Below, one piece after another: positions 12,803 through 20,836 of a DNA stretch of 37,830 nucleotides. The notes beneath the pieces were generated by a model. The model was not told where the DNA came from, did not search any database, and worked only from the letters and a program-made list of their open reading frames with translations. This DNA comes from Pseudomonadota bacterium (GTDB lineage: Bacteria > Desulfobacterota > WTBG01 > JAGOGO01): NCBI GenBank assembly GCA_043798555.1, contig JAZDOO010000229.1:1-37830 (forward strand), given 5' to 3'. The position numbers and the translations under genes were made by a program. The first letter of the stretch is position 1. The number at the start of each line of letters is the position of its first letter.

Positions 12803-12868
12803 TGACTTTAGGGGTAATAATGAGCTAATGTGAGGATAAAAAACCTTTAACCACGAAAAGGGTGAGTC

Positions 12869-13834
12869 ATGTATTGTCAAAGATGTAATCTTCATTCGGA
12901 AGAGTATGTAGACAAATGTCCTCTTTGCGATGGTCCAATGGAGGTTGATGCGGTGGGGAGTGGGGTGATGAAGACACCCACAATTCCTGAAAAAGAAGAC
13001 CACACCTTAGACCTATCGCAGGAAGAAGGTCTGAAACTTACCGAGGAAGAAGTCGAGGAGGACACTTCTATTGGAGCAACGGTGGCTTTGGAACAGGAGC
13101 AAATAGTAGCCGAAGCGGAAAAGGAAAAGCTTCAAGTGCAAGAAGTTGAGGAGAAAGAAGAGGAACCTCTTGAGGACCAAGAAGATCGTTTGGACACACA
13201 AGAGCTTATTCCGGTAACCGAACGGCCTGGCCGTACAAAGTTACCCCTCATCATTAGTGGGTGTATCTTAGTAGTGCTCATAGTGGGTATTTTGGGGTAT
13301 TTTTTTCTCCTTCCCTCTGAAAAAATAGCTCCTCCCACGATGAAAAAAGTGGCAGCAGCAAAAAAGAAAGCGGTCCCTGCGAAGCCCGAAACTGCACCTG
13401 CAAAACCACAAGTTGCACTTGCAAAACCTGAGCCCGCTCCAACAAAACCACAGGTTGAGCCTTCAAAACCAGCATTAGCCCCGAAAACTCCTGAACCCAC
13501 AAAACCCCTCACTGAAACCATTCCCCTTGCGTCTAAGCAAGTTGCTATTGAAAAACCAGGGACTCCTCCCGTTTCCCCACTTCCTGTTGCGAGCACCAAA
13601 GGTGATTATTCGATTCATGTGGGTTCATTCAAAGAGAAAGGAAACGCTGATTACCTTATTGGAAAGCTCCAAAAGAAGGGCTATCCGGTAGTATGTAACT
13701 TTGTAACCATTCCAGGAAAGGGTGATTGGTATCGCGTTCAGGTTGGTTACTATTCGAATGTGAAAGAGGCTCAACAGGTAGCATCAAAATTGAAAACCGA
13801 AGAAAAGGTGTTTACTCTTATCCTGAAACGATAG
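12869..13834 (+). CDS. Bitopic SPOR-domain protein with N-terminal zinc ribbon
   Basis: CQRC...CPLC, acidic region, one TM helix (IISGCILVVLIVGILGYFFLL), Pro/Lys/Ala linker, and a C-terminal SPOR domain (YSIHVGSFKEKGNA...WYRVQVG). Confidence 0.85.
   Translation: MYCQRCNLHSEEYVDKCPLCDGPMEVDAVGSGVMKTPTIPEKEDHTLDLSQEEGLKLTEEEVEEDTSIGATVALEQEQIVAEAEKEKLQVQEVEEKEEEPLEDQEDRLDTQELIPVTERPGRTKLPLIISGCILVVLIVGILGYFFLLPSEKIAPPTMKKVAAAKKKAVPAKPETAPAKPQVALAKPEPAPTKPQVEPSKPALAPKTPEPTKPLTETIPLASKQVAIEKPGTPPVSPLPVASTKGDYSIHVGSFKEKGNADYLIGKLQKKGYPVVCNFVTIPGKGDWYRVQVGYYSNVKEAQQVASKLKTEEKVFTLILKR
13376..13480 (+). repeat. Five degenerate 21-bp (7-aa) coding tandem repeats
   Basis: PAKPETA / PAKPQVA / LAKPEPA / PTKPQVE / PSKPALA in the SPOR protein linker. 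Confidence 0.75.
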
Positions 13835-13870
13835 GGAACTTCATTTTTCGCTGGTAAGCACCCCCTAACA

Positions 13871-13926
13871 GTCATGCTGAATTTATTGCAGCATCTCAAT
13901 AGACCCTGAAACGAGTTCGGGGTGAC
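13871..13926. repeat. REP-like palindromic dimer (GTCA...TGAC type)
   Basis: GTCATGCTGAATTTATTGCAGCATCT-caat-AGACCCTGAAACGAGTTCGGGGTGAC: two short hairpins in inverted orientation, intergenic. Confidence 0.75.
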
Positions 13927-14042
13927 GTTTAATTTGTTAGACCAAGAACCCTGATTCATCACATTGTTCTTCTCCCATCGTTGTTACGTAAAAGAAAGTT
14001 TCCTTACTTCTCAAAGGTTCCCAAAAAAATCATTATGACTAA

Positions 14043-16715
14043 GTGAGCATCCCCATGGAATCAACCCCCGCCCTCTATCTCATCGACGGCAGCACCAACA
14101 TTTACCGGGCTTACCATGCACTAAGGAACCTTGCTAATGCAAAAGGCTTTCCCACCAATGCAGTCTATGGCTTCACCTCAATGTTGGTGAAGCTCCTGCA
14201 GGAATGTCATCCGCACTACCTAGGGATTGTATTTGATGCTAAGGGACCTACCTTTCGACATGAAATGTATAATGAATACAAAGCTACTCGACCAGGAATG
14301 CCGGATGATCTGGTAATCCAACTTCCCTATATCAAGAAAATTATAGAAGGCTTCAGTATTAAGTCGTATGAATTTGAGGGCTATGAGGCCGATGATATTA
14401 TCGGAACCTTAGCCAAAAAAGCTGGGGCCATGGGCATACCCACGGTGATTGTCTCGATAGATAAGGACTTTTTTCAGCTCATTGACGCACATATCACCCT
14501 GTTAAATCCTGTAACCAATATCTTTGTGGGCGTAAATGAGGTTCAGGAACGGTTTGGGGTTACTCCGGATAAAGTGATTGAGTTGTTCGGCCTGTGTGGA
14601 GATGCGTCGGATAATGTTCCGGGCGTGGCGGGCATAGGGGGAAAAACCGCTACCACCTTGATTCAAAAATATGGTTCCATAAAAAATGTGTACGAACATC
14701 TGGAAGAAATCACCCAAAAAAGCCTGCGAGAAAAGTTAGCGCAAGGCTTTGAGAACGCTTGTTTAAGCAAAGACCTGGTTACCATTAATACCCAGATTCC
14801 TCTCTCCTTTGACCTGGATCTTTTTCGCATTACTAAGCCCGACCCGGAGATTCTGGAGCCGATTTTTAAGGAATTAGAATTTAACCGGTTTCTCAAGGAG
14901 TTCATCCCCCGCAAAGCTCATCACCCCACAACCTACCAGCTCCTACGCACCCAGGAAGAGTTTCAACAGGCTCTTCAGGAGTTAAAGCGCGCCCCGTCGT
15001 TGACATTAACCTTAGAAACCACTTCTCCTGATCCTCTCCGGGCCAAGCTTCTGGGGTTTTCATTTTCCTGTCAACCGCATCAGGCGCTCCATATTCCTCT
15101 CAACCTCACGGGTCAAACCAAAGAAAAGCAATGGGTACTTACCAACTTGAAGCCGTTGTTAGAGGATAAGAGAATCAAAAAGCTCGGACACAATCTTAAG
15201 TATGACTACGTTGTGCTCTTGCGAAACGGTATTCACCTCCAGGGAATCGAAGAAGACACCATGGTTGCCTCCTACCTGCTTAACCCCTCGAAGCGAAACC
15301 ACGATTTGAGGGAAGTTGCCTTGGAACAGTTAGACTATCTTTTTGACGAACCGGAATCTAAGGGGAGAGGAAAGGTCAAGTCCCTCCCCTTTGAGCGCCC
15401 TGAGCCTGAGGAGGCCTACCTATCCTTCTGTGAAAAGGCGGACATCATTTTTCTGCTGGCGAACCTCCTCTTTCCTAAATTAAAAGAAAAGAGCCTGGAT
15501 ACCTTGTACTACACTATCGAAATGCCTCTGATGCAGGTATTGGCACGTATGGAGCTAACCGGAGTAAAGGTAAACCCTCATCTCCTCTCCGAGCTTTCCA
15601 AAGCCTTAGAGCTGGACCTGGAAGGACTGGAGAAAAGAATCCATGTCTTGGCAGGCACACCCTTTAACATCAATTCACCTCAACAATTGAGCGAGGTCTT
15701 GTTCGAAAAGCTTAAGCTTCCCGTTATTACCCGCACCAAAACCGGGCGTTCCACTGATGTGGATGTGCTCACCAAACTGGCAACCATTCATGAACTGCCC
15801 GCACTGGTCCTCGAGTATCGTCGTCTTTCCAAACTGAAATCCACCTATATTGATGTACTTCCCAAACTGATTAACCCCGAAACCGGACGCATCCATACCA
15901 CTTTTAATCAGACTGTAACTGCCACGGGCCGCTTAAGCAGCAGTGACCCCAACGTTCAAAACATTCCTATTCGGGGCGATCTGGGGAAACAAATTCGGCA
16001 AGCCTTTATTGGGGAAAAGGGGTTCGTTTTGGTCTCGGCGGATTATTCCCAAATTGAGCTTCGCATCATGGCGCATCTCTCCGGCGATGCTAATCTCCGG
16101 GAGGCTTTCATACACGATGAGGACATCCATACCAAGACGGCTGCCGAGGTGTTCCAAGTCTCTCCTGATCAGGTCACTGAGGGCATGCGGCGGGAAGCCA
16201 AAGTAATCAACTTTGGGATTATGTATGGCATGGGTCCAAATGGGCTTTCGCAGGAACTGGGAATCTCCCGGGAAGAAGCCAGAAGTTATATTGATAGCTA
16301 TTTTGCCGAGTACCAGGGGGTAAAGCGCTACATTGATGAAACCCTTGAAAGCGCCCGGGATCTGGGCTATGTGGTCACCCTGTCCGGCCGTATCCGGTAC
16401 CTTCCCGAAATCAATAGCAGCAACCGCATGGCGCGGGAGTTTGCAGAACGAGTAGCGATCAATACCCCGATCCAGGGCACTGCGGCAGACTGCATCAAGA
16501 TCGCCATGATTCGCATTGATCAACGCATTCAGAAAGAAAAGCTGAATGCCCGGATGATCCTCCAGGTCCACGACGAACTCCTGTTTGAGGTTTCAAAGAG
16601 TGAATTACATGACCTTATGACTCTTGTCAAAGAAGAAATGGAAGGGGCAATGAAACTGGATGTGCCGATAAAGGCGAGCATAAAGTACGGGAAAAACTGG
16701 GATGAGGCGCACTAA
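14043..16715 (+). CDS. polA: DNA polymerase I
   Basis: 5'-3' exonuclease motifs (LIDGS, TFRH, YKATR, EADD) and polymerase motifs (TGRLSS, DYSQIELR, RREAKVINFGIMYG, QVHDEL). Confidence 0.98.
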   Translation: MSIPMESTPALYLIDGSTNIYRAYHALRNLANAKGFPTNAVYGFTSMLVKLLQECHPHYLGIVFDAKGPTFRHEMYNEYKATRPGMPDDLVIQLPYIKKIIEGFSIKSYEFEGYEADDIIGTLAKKAGAMGIPTVIVSIDKDFFQLIDAHITLLNPVTNIFVGVNEVQERFGVTPDKVIELFGLCGDASDNVPGVAGIGGKTATTLIQKYGSIKNVYEHLEEITQKSLREKLAQGFENACLSKDLVTINTQIPLSFDLDLFRITKPDPEILEPIFKELEFNRFLKEFIPRKAHHPTTYQLLRTQEEFQQALQELKRAPSLTLTLETTSPDPLRAKLLGFSFSCQPHQALHIPLNLTGQTKEKQWVLTNLKPLLEDKRIKKLGHNLKYDYVVLLRNGIHLQGIEEDTMVASYLLNPSKRNHDLREVALEQLDYLFDEPESKGRGKVKSLPFERPEPEEAYLSFCEKADIIFLLANLLFPKLKEKSLDTLYYTIEMPLMQVLARMELTGVKVNPHLLSELSKALELDLEGLEKRIHVLAGTPFNINSPQQLSEVLFEKLKLPVITRTKTGRSTDVDVLTKLATIHELPALVLEYRRLSKLKSTYIDVLPKLINPETGRIHTTFNQTVTATGRLSSSDPNVQNIPIRGDLGKQIRQAFIGEKGFVLVSADYSQIELRIMAHLSGDANLREAFIHDEDIHTKTAAEVFQVSPDQVTEGMRREAKVINFGIMYGMGPNGLSQELGISREEARSYIDSYFAEYQGVKRYIDETLESARDLGYVVTLSGRIRYLPEINSSNRMAREFAERVAINTPIQGTAADCIKIAMIRIDQRIQKEKLNARMILQVHDELLFEVSKSELHDLMTLVKEEMEGAMKLDVPIKASIKYGKNWDEAH

Positions 16716-16716
16716 A

Positions 16717-16767
16717 ATGATCGAATTGGAATATTCTTTAATGATTGAGGCAACCGAAGAACCAGAC
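16717..16767 (+). pseudogene. 5' remnant of a HicB-like antitoxin gene
   Basis: [17 protein letters not shown] resembles the N-terminus of a HicB-family antitoxin (recognised from memory). Similarity stops after 17 codons. Confidence 0.5.
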
Positions 16768-16790
16768 GTGCGGGGGTTGAACGTCCCCGC

Positions 16791-17069
16791 GACCCACGCG
16801 AAAAGATGGTCAGAAGACATCACTTAAGCCCCCGATCCATTCAGAAAGCAATGGCTGACGCAGTAAAAAAGTCCGGTATCCCCAAAAGGGCAAATGTCCA
16901 TACGCTCCGTCACAGCTTTGCCACTCATCTTTTACAGGATGGATATGATATCCGTACTGTTCAGGAACTGCTTGGACACAAAAGTGTACAGACAACAATG
17001 GTCTATACTCATACCCTGGAAAGTTTGCGAGGAGGGGTTGTCAGTCCGCTGGAAAATCTTCAGTTATAG
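16791..17069 (+). pseudogene. intI: 3' remnant of an integron-type tyrosine recombinase
   Basis: [11 protein letters not shown] (IntI-specific patch), [38 protein letters not shown]. Only about 92 codons remain; the N-terminal two thirds, including the first catalytic Arg, are missing. Confidence 0.85.
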
Positions 17070-17159
17070 AGAGGTAGCGGCGGCTCTTTCGGGTGATAAA
17101 TTGCAATGGGTAACCACGGGGGTTAACGCGAAATTCCCATGGTAATTTGGGTAATAGGG

Positions 17160-18104
17160 ATGAGACAAACAAAGGCTCTGGTAGGAATCATAATTCTTTT
17201 GATGGCCATTTCGCTTCCCGTTGGGGGAAGCGAAGGCGGGAGGTCTACCTCACTGTCTAATTTGGTACCCCTTAAGATCCAAGGCTGGAAGGCAAAAGGA
17301 AAAGATGCGATTTACAACCGGCAAACCATTTACGACTACATGGACGGGGCAGGTGAGATTTATTGTTGGTATGGCTTTCAGGAATTGTTGGTGCGCTGGT
17401 TTGCCAAAGCAGACCAGCCGGATATTGTCCTGGAAATGTTTGACATGGGTTCATCAGAGGATGCCTTTGGGGTCCTCTCTCATGGACGAGAGGGTCAAGG
17501 TGAAGAGGTATGTATTGGACAGTATTCCGAATATAATGGGGGCCAGTTGGTTTTTTGGCAAGGGAGGTTCTATATCAACATCTATGCCATGCGAGAGACC
17601 CCATTGGCCAAGAAGGCCGTGCTTGATCTGGGCAAAACCGTATCCATGGCCATCAGAGTTAATGGAGAAAAACCAAGGTTGATCAGCTACTTACCCACCC
17701 AGGGGTTGATGGAAAAATCCATTCGGTATTTCCATAATCATTTATCCCTGAACCGCTATTACTTTGTGGGGGATGAAAACATTCTTCACCTCGATAATCA
17801 GACCAAAGCGGTTCTGGCCAGATACCACCATAATGGAAGTGAAACCTACCTTCTTTTGGTACAGTACCAAACTCCAAAAAGGGCAAAGGCAGCTTTTGAA
17901 AGTTTCTTAGGTGCCTCTACGCCGGAAGCAAAACAAACAGGTATCATTCAGCTCAAAAACGGCCGATGGTCAGCGGCTAAGATGGAAAATGCTTTTGTTA
18001 TCGCTGTCTTTGATGCACCAACCATGGATGATGCGGAGGCTCTTATGAAAGTGGCCATGGAAAAATTAGAGGGCAAATATTCTAACTCCAAACCCCGGCG
18101 ATGA
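17160..18104 (+). CDS. Secreted protein, DUF6599-like
   Basis: Signal-like N-terminus MRQTKALVGIIILLMAISLPVGG; IYDYMDGAGEIY..YGF, EMFDMGSSEDAFG, FWQGRFYI. The ORF track starts at 17139; the family name is recalled, not searched. Confidence 0.7.
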   Translation: MRQTKALVGIIILLMAISLPVGGSEGGRSTSLSNLVPLKIQGWKAKGKDAIYNRQTIYDYMDGAGEIYCWYGFQELLVRWFAKADQPDIVLEMFDMGSSEDAFGVLSHGREGQGEEVCIGQYSEYNGGQLVFWQGRFYINIYAMRETPLAKKAVLDLGKTVSMAIRVNGEKPRLISYLPTQGLMEKSIRYFHNHLSLNRYYFVGDENILHLDNQTKAVLARYHHNGSETYLLLVQYQTPKRAKAAFESFLGASTPEAKQTGIIQLKNGRWSAAKMENAFVIAVFDAPTMDDAEALMKVAMEKLEGKYSNSKPRR

Positions 18105-19233
18105 TATGCTTGCAGAATTTACATTTCCCGTCTTCTATGTTCTTTTCCAGAATTTCAAATCCTATTCTTCCGACAACCACCTTGCCACAATTGGGGCAAT
18201 AGGTACTCTCTCCCTTATGACCGTAAACATTACCAATATACACATACTTCAGTCCCGCTTCCATGGCAATATTTCGAGCTTTCTCCAAACTCGTTACCGG
18301 GGTAGGGGGGAGGTTCTTGATCTTATACATCGGGGAAAATCGGGTAAAATGGACCGGCACCTCAGTCCCCAGATGACCCTTGATCCACAGGGACATCTCC
18401 CTGATCTCTTTCTCGTCGTCGTTTAAGGTAGGGATGATTAAAACCACGATCTCGTACCAGATCCCGATTTTCTTCAAGGTCTCAAGGGCGTGCAAGACAG
18501 GTGCTAACTCTCCCGAGCAGGTCTCCTTATAGAATTTCTCCGTAAACGCCTTCAAGTCCACCTTAACCGCACTCAAATGCTTGCAGAGGTCAACGAGGGG
18601 CTCTTCAGCGATGTATCCGTTGGATATCATGACGCTTCCAACCCCCTCTTTCTTAGCCAACTGCGCTGTATCATACATGTAGGTGTAGAAAACAACCGGT
18701 TCCGAATAGGTATAGGCTATTGTGGGGGCCTTGTATCCTTTAGCTAACCGGACGATCTCTTCCGGGGACAAGTCGTAACTTTCCACCTGTTCAGGTCGAA
18801 ATTGAGATATCCTCCAGTTCTGGCAAAATCTGCACTCAATATTGCACCCGGCGGTGGCAAGCGAAAGTGCCGTTGTGCCAGGCAGGTAATGAAACAAGGG
18901 TTTTTTTTCGATGGGATCCACATGGAGAACACAGGGCCTTGAATAGACTAACTCATAATATTTCCCCTCCCTATTCTCTTTGTTCCCACAGTAACCCCTT
19001 TCCAAATCTGCTACACTGCACTTTCTCGGACAAATTTCGCACTGAATCTTAAGGTTTTCCAATTTCTTGTAATACATGGACTCCTTCAACGGAAGCTCAT
19101 CCGAACGAGCCTCCGATTCACCCATCAACTTCAAAATTTCGCTTTGCCCAAAGCTTTCAGAAGCAATGCTGGTAAAGCAAAGAGTCCCGGTGACCGCCTT
19201 GAAAAATTCCCTTCTCGAACAGGAAAAACCCAT
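18082..19233 (-). CDS. AmmeMemoRadiSam-type radical SAM enzyme (PflA-like) with a Tat-like leader
   Basis: DPIEKKPLFH, GCNIECRFCQNW (CxxxCxxC), AYTYSEP, VDLKAF, PVHFTRF, YVYIGNV, TYCPNC; N-terminal SRREFFK. Confidence 0.92.
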   Translation of the reverse strand: MGFSCSRREFFKAVTGTLCFTSIASESFGQSEILKLMGESEARSDELPLKESMYYKKLENLKIQCEICPRKCSVADLERGYCGNKENREGKYYELVYSRPCVLHVDPIEKKPLFHYLPGTTALSLATAGCNIECRFCQNWRISQFRPEQVESYDLSPEEIVRLAKGYKAPTIAYTYSEPVVFYTYMYDTAQLAKKEGVGSVMISNGYIAEEPLVDLCKHLSAVKVDLKAFTEKFYKETCSGELAPVLHALETLKKIGIWYEIVVLIIPTLNDDEKEIREMSLWIKGHLGTEVPVHFTRFSPMYKIKNLPPTPVTSLEKARNIAMEAGLKYVYIGNVYGHKGESTYCPNCGKVVVGRIGFEILEKNIEDGKCKFCKHIIAGVWS

Positions 19234-19247
19234 GGCCTTCCCCCATC

Positions 19248-20129
19248 CTAAAGTTCTAATACCTTAATCTTCGTTAAATCGTCCATACCCAACCCCTTCT
19301 TTGCTGCAGTTGCTATATGTTTTGGAGGCCTCTTCGCTTCCTCCAAAGAGGGGAGTCCATTTTCTTTTCGCTTTGTTTCAATAATGTTAGCCCCAACGCT
19401 ATCCGCGGCAACCGGATCAAAACTCATGATCAGCCCGGAAAAGTTCCATCGCCAGCGGGGCTTATAGCTTGGCCCTCCGTTGTATTGGGCTTCAATGCCA
19501 TCGCATACCACCAGCCTCAATTTATCCTTAATGAACGGGTGGGTATTCAAATCAGCAATGTAAGGGTCACAGTTATTATCGTGGTATTTATTGGGGTTGT
19601 GGATTGCGCCGTAGAAATTTTTCAAGCTCAACGTTACTCCGGCCAAATCGTGGTCCTTCAATACCGGAACATTTATCAAAGCAGTACAATGGGTGGATAA
19701 GATCCGGCTAAAGCAGCTTCCGATAGACTCCTGTATCTCGGGCTCTTCGTCGTAACCAACCACCTCTGTCCCGAAACATTTCACCCCGCTGCCCCTCACA
19801 TTTATTATAAAACCCGCCCTCGTCAGATCGCTGCTGGTCCGATCCCAAATAATGATCTTCTCATCAGGCACATCTGCCAATCTTAGACCCTCGACAATGG
19901 CATTCACCAGATCTGGATGCGTTGACATCATCTGTCCCGAGAGACCATTGACCTTTATCCCCACCACATCGTTTGGACTGAAGAGACTTCTCCATGCCAG
20001 AGAGGCGGAGTTCTTACCCGTCAACACTATCAATCCTTTATGGATCGCCTGAACAGTCACTTGCTTATTAACTCGTCCACCGGGGGTAAGGATGTTTGGA
20101 TTACGCGTTAGAATAACCTTCGATTCCAT
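19248..20129 (-). CDS. DUF362 domain protein (no signal peptide)
   Basis: DVVGIKVN, IIIWDR, INVPVLKDHDLAGVTLSLKN, DPVAAD, GLG. Confidence 0.88.
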   Translation of the reverse strand: MESKVILTRNPNILTPGGRVNKQVTVQAIHKGLIVLTGKNSASLAWRSLFSPNDVVGIKVNGLSGQMMSTHPDLVNAIVEGLRLADVPDEKIIIWDRTSSDLTRAGFIINVRGSGVKCFGTEVVGYDEEPEIQESIGSCFSRILSTHCTALINVPVLKDHDLAGVTLSLKNFYGAIHNPNKYHDNNCDPYIADLNTHPFIKDKLRLVVCDGIEAQYNGGPSYKPRWRWNFSGLIMSFDPVAADSVGANIIETKRKENGLPSLEEAKRPPKHIATAAKKGLGMDDLTKIKVLEL

Positions 20130-20205
20130 ACTAAAAAATCTTTACCTTAAAGAAGAGCTGTTCTCCGAACAAAAACTTAAGGGGACCTCTAATAGTTCCC
20201 AATCT

Positions 20206-20274
20206 GTCACTCCCGCGAAGGTGGGAGTCCAGTAATTTCAATTGGTTATGGATTCCTGCTTTCGCAGGAATGAC
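20206..20274. repeat. REP/dRS3-like palindromic dimer (GTCA...TGAC type)
   Basis: GTCACTCCCGCGAAGGTGGGAGTCCA-17 bp-TGGATTCCTGCTTTCGCAGGAATGAC. Confidence 0.85.
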
Positions 20275-20336
20275 ATTTTTAGAGCCAGCCTTAATCGCAA
20301 GTTAACAAAACCCGTCAATTTAGTAGAATAATTAAA

Positions 20337-20364
20337 ATAATATTTCGGTTTTGAAAGATGTCAA
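20337..20364 (-). promoter_or_regulatory. Putative sigma70 promoter for the DUF362-radical SAM pair
   Basis: Minus strand TTGACA-16 bp-TATTAT. Confidence 0.45.
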
Positions 20365-20593
20365 CCAAATTCTTGCTGATTGCAAATTCTTGCTGAGGGA
20401 AAAGTTTAGTAATTTGAAGTTTTAAGATCTTTTAGGGGGTTAATAAAGATCGCTGAACTTTTATTCTAAATTCACATGGTAATTTTTGGGAAAACAGGGT
20501 AAATTAAAAAATATTAACTATGCGATACCATATAACCTCTTTGGCGAATCCCGAGGCGGCTGCGGGGCTGGCCACATTTAAAGGAAACCCTCC

Positions 20594-20776
20594 ATGGCGG
20601 TAACCCTGGAAGATATTCGCCATCACCGTACCTTTACCACTGTTCCTTTGCAGTCAGCAGAAGTTGAGTTCGTTCTCCAGACCCGGGGGATTGACCATGT
20701 AAACCAGGTTATCGACGGGTTAACTCATGCCGGATATAAAGTTCACTTACCTGACAGAACACCCGGTAATCCTTAA
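20594..20776 (+). pseudogene. ilvA: Threonine ammonia-lyase remnant with an in-frame internal deletion
   Basis: MAVTLEDIR (typical IlvA start) joined to HHRTFTTVPLQSAEVEFVLQTRGIDHVNQVIDGLTHAGY (end of the ACT domain); AAGGA RBS retained. Confidence 0.7.
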
Positions 20777-20836
20777 AACTATTACCTTTAAACCCAATAA
20801 CCGTCATCATGAACATCATGCCTGAGGCGGTTTTAC

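Noticed and set aside
15933-16571. 212-aa antisense ORF within polA, and similar shadow ORFs in groEL, valS/nadC, the SPOR gene and PMM/PGM
   Set aside because: These lie antisense to well-conserved genes and show no recognisable motifs, as expected from codon bias.
20519-20581. Short frame YAIPYNLFGESRGGCGAGHI-stop upstream of the ilvA relic, possibly another gene tail
   Set aside because: It is too short to assign without a search.
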